From Crocinitomicaceae bacterium (GTDB taxonomy: Bacteria; Bacteroidota; Bacteroidia; Flavobacteriales_D; Crocinitomicaceae): DNA of 64,000 nt. A model generated the notes under the pieces. The model had not been told where the DNA came from. It worked only from the letters and a program-made list of their open reading frames with translations, and did no database searches. The stretch lies in assembly GCA_021740085.1 (NCBI GenBank), contig JAIPAL010000002.1:4536-68535 (forward strand), given 5' to 3'. Position numbers and translations under genes: made by a program. Positions 1-10,465 of the stretch are shown in pieces (position 1 is the first letter of the stretch; every line of letters starts with the position of its first letter).

Positions 1-1
1 A

Positions 2-1936
2 GATGCCTCTACAAATGCTATCATTTCAAGTAATGCGAGCTATACTAACCAAGTAACCTTTAGAAGGACTTATAATGCCACTACATCAACTACATTTGAT
101 GTTCCATTCTCTGATACCTTACTTAAGGTTGGTAATTTATTGAGTTACCCGGTGGTATACAATACATTAAGTTTATACCCCCCTTTCTATATCTATGACA
201 CAATTGGTATTCCAGATGTTAGCGATACCATTTGGATCTCAAATCCTGCATATTTTCAAGATTCTGCCAGGCAATTTTTTCTCCCAATTAGTGATTCTTC
301 GAAAATTTGGCTCGACCATTATGCCTACCATAATTATCGATTTGGCGTAAATCCAAGATCATTGGGAGTTGTTACTTTTGACGGCTTAAATGAACAAGGC
401 TACCCTTACCAAATTGGCACTTCGGTTACCAATTACGGAGATAAATTAACATCTAAACCAATTAATTTAGGGAGTTTTTCTGCTTCAGATTCCGTATATT
501 TTAGCTTTTTATATCAACCCCAAGGTCTTGGTGATGTGCCGGAAAATGGGGACTCATTATTATTGGAGTTTTATGCGCCTGAATTAAGTCAATGGTTCCA
601 TATTTGGAGCGTTTCTGGTGGGGCAACGATTCCTTTCAAAGCAGTTCATGTAAATGTAAATGACACAAAGTTTTTTAAACCAGGATTTCAATTTAGGTTT
701 AGAAATTACGGCGGACTATCAGGTGCATTAGACCATTTCCATGTTGATTATGTACATCTTAGAAGTCTATCTGCATACAACGATACGACATTTAAAGATT
801 TTGCTTTTTCAAACCCAATCAACACCCTGCTTAAAACATATACTTCAGTTCCATGGGACCATTATAAAGCAAGTATTGGAAGTAAAATGACTGATTCCTT
901 ATTTGTTAATTTATACAATGGGAGCACCTCTGCGGAGAACTATCAAAATGGGCAACTGACGATTAATCAATCCAATTTACAACAAGGTCTCTATGTTCTT
1001 CCCGGTTTTCTCTTAGCAGAAGGTCAAATTAACTACAACCCACTTTCTTTTTTAGATTCGTACCATGATTTAAGTGTTGGGTATGAATATAGCAAAGTAT
1101 TACCCGGCATCTCTCAAGAGTTCGATGTCGTTGGTACTGCATCAGCTCAATTCCCTAATTTGTATCAAAACGATTCAACTTCATTTAAACAGTTGTTCTC
1201 AAATTATTACAGCTATGATGATGGTTCTGCTGAAGCAGCATTTGGCCCAACAGGCACCCAAGCGCGACTTGCCATTCGATTTGACACCTATGAACCGGAT
1301 TCCCTCATTGGTGTGAATTTAAGTTTCTTACCTTCTGTTGTTGATGTTTCTCAAAAATTATTTTTAATTACCGTTTGGGACAATGATAACGGACAACCCG
1401 GAAATGTACTATATGAAGATGATGCCTTTTCTCCTAGGCAGCCAAGCTATGTGAATGGGAATAACAATTACCAAAGCTACTATTTCGCGGATACCGTAAA
1501 GGTTGCTGTTGGCACTACATTTTTTGTAGGCTGGAGACAATTAGACCCAGACCGATTAAATTTAGGATTGGATAGAAATATAGATAATCATTCAACTATA
1601 CGGTATTCAGTCGACGGAGGGAATAATTGGTATACCGCTCCATTTAGTGGATCAGCGATGCTTCGCCCTATTTTCTCCACATTAATCGATGCTACGCTCC
1701 AAACAAATGAAATGGAAGAAAAGGAATTGACTATTTATCCTAATCCAAGTAATGGAAAATTAACAGTAGAATTTCAAAATGGTAATCAAGCACCTATATT
1801 TGTCTATAATCAACTCGGACAGCTAATGATGAGCTCTGATTCAAATCAACTTGACCTCAGCCTTATCAATGCTGGTGTCTATTTTATTAGCAGCCCAAAT
1901 TATTCCACCAAAGTCTATAAAGTAATTAAATTGTGA
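2..1936 (+). CDS. T9SS C-terminal sorting domain-containing secreted protein, function unknown (5' partial)
   Basis: The frame of the listed ORF 140..1936 (TTG start) stays open with no stop back to nt 2, so the gene probably starts upstream of the window. The C-terminus LTIYPNPSNGKLTVEF...AGVYFISS...KVIKL is a typical Por/T9SS type-A CTD. The middle (FQFRFRNYGG...HFHVDYVHL) resembles the beta-sandwich module also present in the two M43 proteases. Confidence 0.7.
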   Translation, partial: DASTNAIISSNASYTNQVTFRRTYNATTSTTFDVPFSDTLLKVGNLLSYPVVYNTLSLYPPFYIYDTIGIPDVSDTIWISNPAYFQDSARQFFLPISDSSKIWLDHYAYHNYRFGVNPRSLGVVTFDGLNEQGYPYQIGTSVTNYGDKLTSKPINLGSFSASDSVYFSFLYQPQGLGDVPENGDSLLLEFYAPELSQWFHIWSVSGGATIPFKAVHVNVNDTKFFKPGFQFRFRNYGGLSGALDHFHVDYVHLRSLSAYNDTTFKDFAFSNPINTLLKTYTSVPWDHYKASIGSKMTDSLFVNLYNGSTSAENYQNGQLTINQSNLQQGLYVLPGFLLAEGQINYNPLSFLDSYHDLSVGYEYSKVLPGISQEFDVVGTASAQFPNLYQNDSTSFKQLFSNYYSYDDGSAEAAFGPTGTQARLAIRFDTYEPDSLIGVNLSFLPSVVDVSQKLFLITVWDNDNGQPGNVLYEDDAFSPRQPSYVNGNNNYQSYYFADTVKVAVGTTFFVGWRQLDPDRLNLGLDRNIDNHSTIRYSVDGGNNWYTAPFSGSAMLRPIFSTLIDATLQTNEMEEKELTIYPNPSNGKLTVEFQNGNQAPIFVYNQLGQLMMSSDSNQLDLSLINAGVYFISSPNYSTKVYKVIKL

Positions 1937-2970
1937 CAGAAGATTTAGTAACTGAAAACGAACAAGGTCAAGAAGATGAATTATTTGAACATTATCGCTT
2001 CACCGCAGACCCCGGTCAAGATTTATTAAGAATTGATAAATTTTTATTAGATCGTATTCCAAATACCTCAAGAAATAAAATTCAAGTAGCCGCTAGAAAC
2101 GGCAATGTATTGGTTAATGGAATCGTCGTAAAACAAAACTATCGGATAAAACCACACGATGTTGTATCCATCGTAATGCCATTTCCGGTTAGAGAAATTG
2201 AGCTAATCGCACAAAACATCCCGATTGATATTGTATATGAAGATGATGAGTTAATCATTGTTAATAAATCAGTTAATATGGTCGTCCATCCTGGGTATGG
2301 AAACTATTCAGGGACATTATTAAATGCTTTAATTTATCATTTTAGTGAACTGCCAAGCATGCCAAAAAACTATTACGGAAGGCCTGGACTTGTTCACAGA
2401 ATAGATAAGAATACATCCGGTGTTTTATTGGTAGCAAAAACAGAAGATGCCCTAACGCATTTGGCGAAACAATTTTACGATAAAACAACCGAAAGGACCT
2501 ATTGGGCTTTAGTTTGGGGAGATGTCAAAGAAGATGGGACTGTAAATAAAAACGTAGGGCGCTCCATAAAAAATAGAAAAATTATGGCCGTTTTTCCAGA
2601 AGGAGATCTTGGAAAGCATGCCGTTACGCATTATACTGTTTTAAAAAAATATGGCTGGGTAACATTACTTGAATGTCGCCTTGAAACAGGGCGAACACAT
2701 CAAATTAGGGTCCATTTACAGTCAATTGGGCACCCTTTATTCAATGATCCTGAATACGGCGGTAATAAATTAATGCGAGGTCCAAATAATGTGGGCTATA
2801 AAAAATTTATCGATGATTGTTTTGAATTGCTTCCTGGCCAAGCACTTCATGCCAAAACACTGGGCTTTATACACCCAGTAAAAAAGACAAAAATGAGTTT
2901 TTCTTCCTCTTTAAATGATGGAATGGAAACATTAATTGAACGTTGGGAGAAATATACAATAGAAAATTAA
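1933..2970 (+). CDS. rluD: RluA-family 23S rRNA pseudouridine synthase (RluD-like)
   Basis: N-terminal S4-like segment (RIDKFLLDRIPNTSRNKIQ), catalytic HRIDKNTSGVLLVAK motif and GRTHQIRVH motif. The GTG start overlaps the upstream stop by 4 nt. Confidence 0.85.
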   Translation: MTEDLVTENEQGQEDELFEHYRFTADPGQDLLRIDKFLLDRIPNTSRNKIQVAARNGNVLVNGIVVKQNYRIKPHDVVSIVMPFPVREIELIAQNIPIDIVYEDDELIIVNKSVNMVVHPGYGNYSGTLLNALIYHFSELPSMPKNYYGRPGLVHRIDKNTSGVLLVAKTEDALTHLAKQFYDKTTERTYWALVWGDVKEDGTVNKNVGRSIKNRKIMAVFPEGDLGKHAVTHYTVLKKYGWVTLLECRLETGRTHQIRVHLQSIGHPLFNDPEYGGNKLMRGPNNVGYKKFIDDCFELLPGQALHAKTLGFIHPVKKTKMSFSSSLNDGMETLIERWEKYTIEN

Positions 2971-2981
2971 TTTTTTTTTTT

Positions 2982-2989
2982 TATTTTTG
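2982..2989 (+). promoter_or_regulatory. Candidate Bacteroidota -7 box TATTTTTG upstream of the OmpA-family gene
   Basis: Matches TAnnTTTG 40 nt upstream of ATG 3030. No good TTG -33 element at the expected spacing. Directly preceded by a T12 tract. Confidence 0.25.
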
Positions 2990-3029
2990 CTTGGCTAAGT
3001 AAAACTTAACCGCTTACTAAATTGATTTT

Positions 3030-5171
3030 ATGAAAAATTTTATTTTAATCATTTGTTTCAATATTGCTTGTTTCAATATAATGAATGCGCAGACTACTGT
3101 TCCAAAATATATTTCTGAAGCAATAAAATCCTTTGATGGTGGAAGGTATTTTGAAGCATTGCCTAAATTACAAGAAGCCTATAGAAAATTGGGTGTCAAA
3201 GGAAAAAGCATCACTCAGAAGGGTGATATGGCATACAGGGTGGCTGAATGTTATAGAAGCATGGATCAATTCGACAAAGCAAATGAATGGTATGCTAGTT
3301 CAATAGAATTGAAGTATTACGAAATACAACCGGCACTTTATTTTTGGCAAGGAGAAATGCAGCGCATGATGGGTCAATTTGACAATGCTATTAAAAGCTA
3401 TAAAGAATATCAAAAACGAAAATCAGCTAGTGATAATTCTCACGATGCTGCTGCTGCAATTAAATCATGTGAGCTTTACAGAGATTTTGATGCAGAAGAA
3501 TCTAGGTATATTATCAAAATAGAATCGAAACTTAATAGAAAAGAGTTCGATATGGCTCCCTCATACATGGACAAAAAAGGAGCTGTCATTATTTTTGGTA
3601 CAGGTAGAGAAGATTTAACAACCACTGCAAGAGATCCTATCACAGGTGAAAAATTCATGGATTTATGGACGGCGGAATACGATGCAAAAGGTGCCATAAG
3701 CAACATGAAAAGTTTAGACAATAATCAATTGATCAACACTTCAGATAATGAAGGTACTGCATGCATGGACTCCAAAAAGAAAACATTATTCTTCACAAGA
3801 TGTCCATCGGTAGCAAAGCAAAATCTAGGTTGTGATATTTGGATGGCTGATAAAGCCGGTGATGAATGGGAAAATGTAAAGAAGATAACACTAAAAAATA
3901 GCGATACCATTTCGGTTGGACATCCATGTATAACTGAAGATGGGTTGATGTTGATTTTTGCAAGTGATATGCCAGGTGGAATGGGAGGAAGAGATTTATG
4001 GTATGTTATGTATGATAAAAAGAATAAAATTTGGGATTCGATTCCAAAAAACATGGGCAAGTTAATTAATACAACAGGGAACGAGCTTTTCCCATCAATG
4101 GGACCTAATGGAAAGCTATACTTCGCAAGTGATGGTCATCCGGGCATTGGTGGACTTGATATCTTTTATGCTTCTCGTACCAACGAAGAAAACACAAAAG
4201 AAAATCCTGCAAGATGGGAGAATCCTACGAACATGATGCACCCAATCAATTCAACGTCAAATGACTATGCAATGGCAGATTTTGATGGGTCAAAAGGGTA
4301 TTTCACTTCAGAAAGAATAGTAGGTAATAAAAAAGAATACACACCTGATATTTGGAGTTTTTCAATTCCTCCTGTACTTTTTGATTTACGCGTAGTTGTT
4401 TATGAAGCTGGCAAAAAAATGAAGAAACTTATCGATGCAACAGTTGTCGTAAACGGTTCAGATGGTAGTGTTTGGGAAGGATTGACCAACGAGAAAGGAT
4501 CCACAATAAAGTGGGAAAAGAAACAAGATGGTTCACGTTATATCAATGGAGAGGTTAGTTATTCGATTATTGCTTCAAAAGACAAGTATTTTGCGAACAA
4601 TAAAGGGGCAAAATGTACAACAGTTGGACTAGATAAAAATCAAAGTTTTTTCTTGGAAATTCCTCTTTTACCTAAATATGAACTTCGCACACCGGAGATC
4701 AGGTATTATTTAGACAAGTGGACCTTTGTTGATGATAACACGATTAAATCAACGGACTCATTAAAGTTTTTAGATAGCTTACTTACCAATTATCCTGACA
4801 TTACAATTGATTTATATTCTCATACAGATGCGAGGGATACAGAAAAGCATAACCAAGCTTTATCAGAAAATCGTGCAAAAGCTGTTTATGTATATTTAGT
4901 TGATCAGGTTGGTATAGACCCACGTAGGATTAGGCCAGCTGGAAAAGGTGAAAGCTCTCCTGCAAAATGGGTAGATGAAACTGGTGCAGCACAAATTTTA
5001 ACTGAGGAGTATATAAACCAGTTTAAAGTAACAGACAAGGAAAAATTTGAGAAATTACACCAAATTAACCGTAGAACCGAGGTTAAAATTACCAGTCAGA
5101 ATTTCGATCCATTAACGGCTCCACCGGCAGATCCGAATTGGAAAATATTTACCGATCCATTGCCACGATAA
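3030..5171 (+). CDS. OmpA-family outer-membrane/periplasmic protein with TPR-like, TolB-like beta-propeller and OmpA C-terminal domains
   Basis: Signal peptide. Helical repeat region (YFEALPKLQEAY...). PD40/TolB-like repeats (NELFPSMGPNGKLYFASDGHPGIGGLDIF). C-terminal OmpA peptidoglycan-binding motif (LYSHTDARDTEKHNQALSENRAKAVYVYL). Confidence 0.8.
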   Translation: MKNFILIICFNIACFNIMNAQTTVPKYISEAIKSFDGGRYFEALPKLQEAYRKLGVKGKSITQKGDMAYRVAECYRSMDQFDKANEWYASSIELKYYEIQPALYFWQGEMQRMMGQFDNAIKSYKEYQKRKSASDNSHDAAAAIKSCELYRDFDAEESRYIIKIESKLNRKEFDMAPSYMDKKGAVIIFGTGREDLTTTARDPITGEKFMDLWTAEYDAKGAISNMKSLDNNQLINTSDNEGTACMDSKKKTLFFTRCPSVAKQNLGCDIWMADKAGDEWENVKKITLKNSDTISVGHPCITEDGLMLIFASDMPGGMGGRDLWYVMYDKKNKIWDSIPKNMGKLINTTGNELFPSMGPNGKLYFASDGHPGIGGLDIFYASRTNEENTKENPARWENPTNMMHPINSTSNDYAMADFDGSKGYFTSERIVGNKKEYTPDIWSFSIPPVLFDLRVVVYEAGKKMKKLIDATVVVNGSDGSVWEGLTNEKGSTIKWEKKQDGSRYINGEVSYSIIASKDKYFANNKGAKCTTVGLDKNQSFFLEIPLLPKYELRTPEIRYYLDKWTFVDDNTIKSTDSLKFLDSLLTNYPDITIDLYSHTDARDTEKHNQALSENRAKAVYVYLVDQVGIDPRRIRPAGKGESSPAKWVDETGAAQILTEEYINQFKVTDKEKFEKLHQINRRTEVKITSQNFDPLTAPPADPNWKIFTDPLPR

Positions 5172-5176
5172 TTATT

Positions 5177-5208
5177 AAAAAGCGTTCCAATGGAACGCTT
5201 TTTTTTTG
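5177..5208 (+). terminator. Rho-independent terminator after the OmpA-family gene
   Basis: Perfect 8-bp stem agcgttcc (5181-5188) / ggaacgct (5192-5199), 3-nt loop, followed by T8 (5200-5207) and preceded by an A-run. Confidence 0.75.
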
Positions 5209-5223
5209 TATCTTTAGTTACAC

Positions 5224-6363
5224 ATGAAAGCTGCAATTAAGGAAGCGTACATACACTATTTATGGAAAAACAAATTGCTGCTAGTTCATCCGCTGAAATT
5301 AAAAAGTGGAGAAGAAATAGCCGTTTTAAACGTTGGTGTTCATAATGAAAACCAATCAGGTCCAGATTTCTTAATGGCGAGTATTAAAATAAATGAATTA
5401 GTCTGGTATGGCCATGTAGAAATCCATGTGGATTCATCAGATTGGTACCAGCACAAACACCACACCGATACAAACTACAACAATGTTATTCTTCACCTTG
5501 TTTACAATGACAATAAACCCGTAAAGCAAAATGGTGTTTTATTACCGACCGTTGAAATTTGTCATTTAATAAGCAATTCGCATTATCATTCTTACCTAAA
5601 TTATTATAAGAATAAAGTATCCATATTCTGCGCGAAGAAATTGAATCCTGACTATCTTTCTGACTATCTTATACAGCAAAAAATAGCATTTCAGAACCGA
5701 ATAAACCGGAAATCTATGCCTTCTAAGGATGGCACTACCCTTGAAATATTTAATCGCCTAGTAGCGCGCGTCTTTGGTGGAAAAAGTAACGGGGATGTTT
5801 TTGAGGGCCTATTGGAAAAACATAGAAGGAATAACAAAGATGATATTGCCCATTTTCAAAAAGCACCAGGAGTAATTAGCAAAACTTTTATTGAAGATTC
5901 ATTTTACGATGAAAGGTATGTAAGCAAAGGACATCGACCACAAAGTCATGCTCAAAAACGACTTAATGAATGGCGCATATTTACAGAACTGTATAAAATC
6001 GAAGACGAAATTCATCTATGGAAAAATTCCATTCAAATCGAAGAATCGATCATGCGATTAAGAAACAAACTAAAAAGCACACTCTCTTCCTTTATGATTG
6101 AAAATTTAATCCTTAATGCCTTGCTTCCTTTTCTATATAGGTATTCCATTAGCAATTCACAGGAAATAGAAATAAGCACTATTATTAGTGCCTATAGCAA
6201 ATTGCCTGCTGAAAACAATACAGTCACACGGAAATGGAATAAGATTGGCATTAACTTAAAAAACGCGTACGAAAGCCAGGCTAGTTTAGAAATTTATCAG
6301 CAATTTTGCTTACTGAAAAAATGTGCCAGCTGTGAAGTCGGTAAAAATATCATGAAAAAATGA
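5224..6363 (+). CDS. DUF2851 family protein
   Basis: The N-terminus ...YIHYLWKNKLL...GPDFLMASIKI...WYGHVEIHVDSSDWYQHKHHTDTNYNNVILHLVY matches my recollection of the DUF2851 signature. Recognised by eye only. Confidence 0.65.
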   Translation: MKAAIKEAYIHYLWKNKLLLVHPLKLKSGEEIAVLNVGVHNENQSGPDFLMASIKINELVWYGHVEIHVDSSDWYQHKHHTDTNYNNVILHLVYNDNKPVKQNGVLLPTVEICHLISNSHYHSYLNYYKNKVSIFCAKKLNPDYLSDYLIQQKIAFQNRINRKSMPSKDGTTLEIFNRLVARVFGGKSNGDVFEGLLEKHRRNNKDDIAHFQKAPGVISKTFIEDSFYDERYVSKGHRPQSHAQKRLNEWRIFTELYKIEDEIHLWKNSIQIEESIMRLRNKLKSTLSSFMIENLILNALLPFLYRYSISNSQEIEISTIISAYSKLPAENNTVTRKWNKIGINLKNAYESQASLEIYQQFCLLKKCASCEVGKNIMKK

Positions 6364-6599
6364 AGCGCTTAATTCAAAAAATAACTTTTTTCTTTGAAAT
6401 GCAGTCTTACGGTGTATGCGGTTGGATTGCGCGAAAAATTGGAATTAGCACGTACAAAGTTCGCTTAGGCTTTATTTATTTTTCTTTTTTAACTTTTGGT
6501 TCATCTATCTTGCTTTATTTAGTGCTTGCTTGGATACTAGATCACAAACATTATTTTAAATTCCAACGAAAAAGAAAAACTTCAATTTGGGAAATATGA
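6360..6599 (+). CDS. PspC domain-containing small membrane protein
   Basis: YGVCGWIARKIGISTYKVRLGFIYF followed by a TM helix resembles a PspC domain. Overlaps both neighbours (4 nt and 13 nt). Confidence 0.55.
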   Translation: MKRLIQKITFFFEMQSYGVCGWIARKIGISTYKVRLGFIYFSFLTFGSSILLYLVLAWILDHKHYFKFQRKRKTSIWEI

Positions 6600-7483
6600 T
6601 CATTCTAATAACCGGAAGTAATGGCTTATTGGGCCAGAAAATTGTAAGTCAATTACTAAATTCAGGCGTGGAATTCATTGCGAGTTCAAAAGGCGAAAAT
6701 AGAAATCCCGCTTGTCCTGCAAACCAATATCTTGCACTTGACATTCTATCCCAAGAAGAAATTACAGCTGTTTTTCATAAAGTAAAACCCACTCACATTA
6801 TCCACACGGCCGCATTAACCAATGTAGATTATTGTGAATTAAATTCGGAAATGTGTTATGCATTAAATGTTAAAGCAACAGCACTCTTATTCAACGAAGC
6901 GAATAAGATAAATGCTCATTTCCAATTACTTTCAACAGATTTTATTTTCGATGGAGAAAATGGGCCGTATACGGAAACTGATACACCTAATCCATTAAGT
7001 CATTATGCTACTTCGAAATGGCAAGCTGAGCAATTGCTTAACGAATCACCTAACAAAAATTGGTCAATTGTAAGAACTATCATAGTATACGGACAAGGCC
7101 ATCAACTTTCACGGTCTAATTTAATAATATGGGCACGTGACGCTTTATTGGCAAAGCAAGAGATTTCTGTTATTGACGACCAATTTCGGGCGCCCACCTG
7201 GGCCGATGATTTGGCGTGGGCGTGTATCCAACTTTGTCTAGCGGGAAAGGTGGGGGTTTTTAATGCTTGCGGGCCGGAGACTCTTTCCATTTACGAAATA
7301 GTTTTACGAATCGCCCACTTTTATGGATGCGATCCAACCTTAATTAAAAAAACTAATAGCAGTACATTAAATCAAGCTGCAAAAAGACCACCCAAAACAG
7401 GATTAATTTTAACAAAATCTAAGGCTGAAATCGGATATAATCCAAAATCCTTGGAAGAAACACTTGCACTTTTAGACAAATAA
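6587..7483 (+). CDS. SDR-family NAD(P)-dependent reductase, dTDP-4-dehydrorhamnose reductase (RmlD)-like
   Basis: Rossmann motif ILITGSNGLLGQ, catalytic YxxxK (YATSKWQAE), about 300 aa as in RmlD-type reductases. No other rhamnose genes are adjacent, so the substrate is uncertain. Confidence 0.65.
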   Translation: MGNMIILITGSNGLLGQKIVSQLLNSGVEFIASSKGENRNPACPANQYLALDILSQEEITAVFHKVKPTHIIHTAALTNVDYCELNSEMCYALNVKATALLFNEANKINAHFQLLSTDFIFDGENGPYTETDTPNPLSHYATSKWQAEQLLNESPNKNWSIVRTIIVYGQGHQLSRSNLIIWARDALLAKQEISVIDDQFRAPTWADDLAWACIQLCLAGKVGVFNACGPETLSIYEIVLRIAHFYGCDPTLIKKTNSSTLNQAAKRPPKTGLILTKSKAEIGYNPKSLEETLALLDK

Positions 7484-7547
7484 TACAAAAAATATAATAT
7501 CTTTAGGCACTTATAAAAAGATGCAATAGTAAAAAACACACACTTTT

Positions 7548-9017
7548 ATGAAAAATTTATTTAATAAAAAATCAATCCCACATTTATTACAAGAAGCACA
7601 AGCTAATGAACATGGATTAAAAAAGACACTAGGTATGTGGTCGCTAATTGCCTTAGGTGTTGGTGCAATTATAGGTGCTGGATTATTTGTTAATACTGGA
7701 AGAGCTGCTGCTGAGGCAGCAGGATCTGGTGTAACATTATCCTTTGCTGTTGCCGCTATTGGCTGTGCTTTTGCGGGATTATGCTATGCGGAATTCGCAT
7801 CCACCATACCAATTGCGGGAAGCGCATACACATATTCTTATGCAACTTTAGGTGAAATAGTAGCTTGGATAATTGGCTGGTCTTTAGTCATGGAATATGC
7901 TTTGGGTGCCGCTACGGTTTCCATTGCTTGGAGTGAATACCTGAACAATCTCTTGGGCGGAGCCATTCCCTATGAATGGTGTCACTCGCCATTTGAACAT
8001 AAATTAGTTGGGAAAGAAACTATAAATGGCATAATGAATGTGCCTGCGTTATCGATTTTAGCGATACTTACATTATTATTGATTAAAGGCACACAGGAAT
8101 CTGCTTTTATTAATGGCATTATGGTTTTTATTAAGGTTGCTATCGTGTTGATTTTTATTATAATCGGTTGGAACTATATTAAGCCCGAAAACCATACGCC
8201 TTATTTAATTCCAGAAAGTACCATCGGTCATGAAGGTATTTTTAAATGGGGATGGGGTGGCGTTCTCGGCGGCGCAGCAATTGTCTTCTTTGCATTTATT
8301 GGTTTTGATGCTGTATCTACCGCTGCGCAAGAAGCAAAGAATCCCAAAAGAGATATGCCCATTGGCATCTTAGGTTCATTAATTATCTGTACTATTCTTT
8401 ATATTTTATTTGCCCATGTTTTGACCGGCATTGCAAATTGGAAAGAATTCGGAGTGGGCGGTGCAGGTGGAGAAGCATCCGTTTCCTATGCCATTAAAAA
8501 AATGGCCGGCTATGAATGGTTAGGAACGAGTGTTAATATTGCCATATTAGCAGGTTTTTCGTCGGTGATATTAGTCATGTTAATGGGACAGACACGTGTA
8601 TTTTACTCCATGTCAAACGATGGATTACTGCCAAAACTGTTTTCTGTTTTACACCCAAAATTCAAAACACCCTATAAATCTAACGTTGTATTATTAATAA
8701 TGGTAGGAAGTTTTGCCGCATTTATTCCGGGTAGTGTTGCAGGAAACCTTACTTCTTTTGGTACTTTATTTGCCTTTGTGATTGTTTGTGCTGGTATAAT
8801 TATGATGCGCAAAAACTTTCCGGATTTGGAAAGGCCATTTAAAACACCTTTCGTTCCATTAATTCCTATTTTAGGAATACTAGTTTGTTTTGCTATGATT
8901 GTTGCATTAGACGTAACAACCTTAACAGTAGCGGTGATTTGGATGGTTGCTGGACTCCTAATTTATTTTGGGTACAGCAAACATCACAGCAAATTAAGGA
9001 AAGAATCAGATAAATAA
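7548..9017 (+). CDS. APC-superfamily amino acid permease
   Basis: About 12 predicted TM helices. Typical N-terminal LKKTLGMWSLIALGVGAIIGAGLF and FAFIGFDAVSTAAQEAKNPKRDMP motifs of cationic amino acid transporter-like permeases. Confidence 0.85.
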   Translation: MKNLFNKKSIPHLLQEAQANEHGLKKTLGMWSLIALGVGAIIGAGLFVNTGRAAAEAAGSGVTLSFAVAAIGCAFAGLCYAEFASTIPIAGSAYTYSYATLGEIVAWIIGWSLVMEYALGAATVSIAWSEYLNNLLGGAIPYEWCHSPFEHKLVGKETINGIMNVPALSILAILTLLLIKGTQESAFINGIMVFIKVAIVLIFIIIGWNYIKPENHTPYLIPESTIGHEGIFKWGWGGVLGGAAIVFFAFIGFDAVSTAAQEAKNPKRDMPIGILGSLIICTILYILFAHVLTGIANWKEFGVGGAGGEASVSYAIKKMAGYEWLGTSVNIAILAGFSSVILVMLMGQTRVFYSMSNDGLLPKLFSVLHPKFKTPYKSNVVLLIMVGSFAAFIPGSVAGNLTSFGTLFAFVIVCAGIIMMRKNFPDLERPFKTPFVPLIPILGILVCFAMIVALDVTTLTVAVIWMVAGLLIYFGYSKHHSKLRKESDK

Positions 9018-9063
9018 TTTTTTTTTCTTAGAATAATTCGTTGAATAGCCGTTTACTAATTCA

Positions 9064-9924
9064 ATGAATGCTGATTATCCATTCTATGTTTCTCCCCGAA
9101 ATCGTAAAGGAATTATCTTATTCTTTTTGATTTCTTTAACGGTGATTTTCCTTCCTAGAATTGTCCGATCTTTTGATAAACCCTTAAAAATAAGCGTTTC
9201 TAAGTCTAAGATTGTGGATTTCGAAAAACGCAGGAAGGAATATTATCAAAAAACATTGTACGTTAAAAATAAAAGTAGATATAAAATTCCTCCACTGCGA
9301 TTTGATCCTAACAACTATGAAAAGGTAGATTGGTTGAAACTTGGGCTTTCTGAAAAACAAGTAAATGTTGTTATGAAGTTTACACAAAAAGGCCTCTACT
9401 CCAATGACGATTTAAAGAAAATATTTGTGATTCCTGAGCAATTATTCAAGCTAATTAAAGACTCTACCTTCTACCCGATTAAACCAAGCTATAAAAATAG
9501 TAATGAAGAAAAGAAAGTCGCTGTTCTATATGAAATTAATCTAAACACGGCTAGTGAAAGTGATTTATTAGCCATAAAAGGATTGGGTGCTTATTACGCA
9601 AAGGCGATCTTAAAATACAAAGGTGAATTAGGTGGCTATGTGCGTAAAAGTCAACTCATGGAAATTTTTAAAATGAGTAGTGAGTCATTCGAAAAAATAA
9701 TTCCTCATATTCAGATTAATCCTTCAGAAATTAGACTATTGAATATTAATGACGCCACAGTGGAAGAACTTAATGCGCACCCCTATCTTAATTGGAGCCA
9801 AGCGAACTCAATTATTAAAATGAGATTCCAGAAAAACGGGTTCCGATCATTAAACGAACTAAAACAATCACATTTAATTAACGAAGAAACTTTCGAGAAA
9901 CTACTTCCTTACTTATCTTTGTAA
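9064..9924 (+). CDS. Helix-hairpin-helix (ComEA-like) DNA-binding domain protein with N-terminal membrane anchor
   Basis: N-terminal TM segment. Two HhH-type modules (INLNTASESDLLAIKGLGAYYAKAILKYKGELGGY and LNINDATVEELNAHPYLNWSQANSII). Confidence 0.6.
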   Translation: MNADYPFYVSPRNRKGIILFFLISLTVIFLPRIVRSFDKPLKISVSKSKIVDFEKRRKEYYQKTLYVKNKSRYKIPPLRFDPNNYEKVDWLKLGLSEKQVNVVMKFTQKGLYSNDDLKKIFVIPEQLFKLIKDSTFYPIKPSYKNSNEEKKVAVLYEINLNTASESDLLAIKGLGAYYAKAILKYKGELGGYVRKSQLMEIFKMSSESFEKIIPHIQINPSEIRLLNINDATVEELNAHPYLNWSQANSIIKMRFQKNGFRSLNELKQSHLINEETFEKLLPYLSL

Positions 9925-9925
9925 T

Positions 9926-10456
9926 ATGAGTATTGAAAATAAACTACGAGAATCGATCCGTGACGTCGAAAACTTTCCCAAGCCAGGCATACTTTTCAAA
10001 GACATTAGCCCCATCATGTTAAACCCCATTTTGTCTGGCGAAGTACTTGACCATCTTGCTGCCTATTATTCAGATAAAAATTTAGATGCAATCGCTGGCA
10101 TTGAAAGCCGCGGATTTCTATTTGGGTATCCATTGGCAATTCGATTAGGCCTTCCTTTCATTTTAATACGAAAAGCCGGAAAGCTACCTTACGATAAAAT
10201 TTCATTTGCCTACGAACTAGAATATGGCAGTGCCGTAATAGAAATGCACAATGATTCTTTAAATGTAGGTGATCGCGTACTCATCCACGACGATCTTTTG
10301 GCAACAGGAGGTTCTGCTGCAGCTGCAGCATCACTAATTAAGAAATGTGGTGGAGAAGTGGCGGGTTTTAGTTTTCTTGTTTGCCTAAGTTTTTTAAATG
10401 GGCGTGATAAATTGGAAAATCACTCCAACTTAATATCTAATTTAATTACCTATTAA
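9926..10456 (+). CDS. apt: Adenine phosphoribosyltransferase
   Basis: 176 aa. FPKPGILFKDISP and the PRPP-binding motif VLIHDDLLATGGSA. Confidence 0.9.
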   Translation: MSIENKLRESIRDVENFPKPGILFKDISPIMLNPILSGEVLDHLAAYYSDKNLDAIAGIESRGFLFGYPLAIRLGLPFILIRKAGKLPYDKISFAYELEYGSAVIEMHNDSLNVGDRVLIHDDLLATGGSAAAAASLIKKCGGEVAGFSFLVCLSFLNGRDKLENHSNLISNLITY

Positions 10457-10465
10457 TCTTCTAGA

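Noticed and set aside
1074-1316. An 80-aa same-strand alternative-frame ORF nested in the first T9SS cargo gene. Similar nested ORFs occur at 57651-57875 and 59065-59274.
   Set aside because: They are out of frame inside longer ORFs that have domain support. They have no independent start context and their composition is consistent with frame-shifted translation.
2971-2982. A T12 homopolymer between the rluD stop and the OmpA-family gene's -7-like box, as a possible slipped-strand phase-variation switch.
   Set aside because: Long A/T runs are common in intergenic DNA of AT-rich genomes, and I could not identify a -33 element whose spacing would be altered. It cannot be assessed without population or multi-strain length data.
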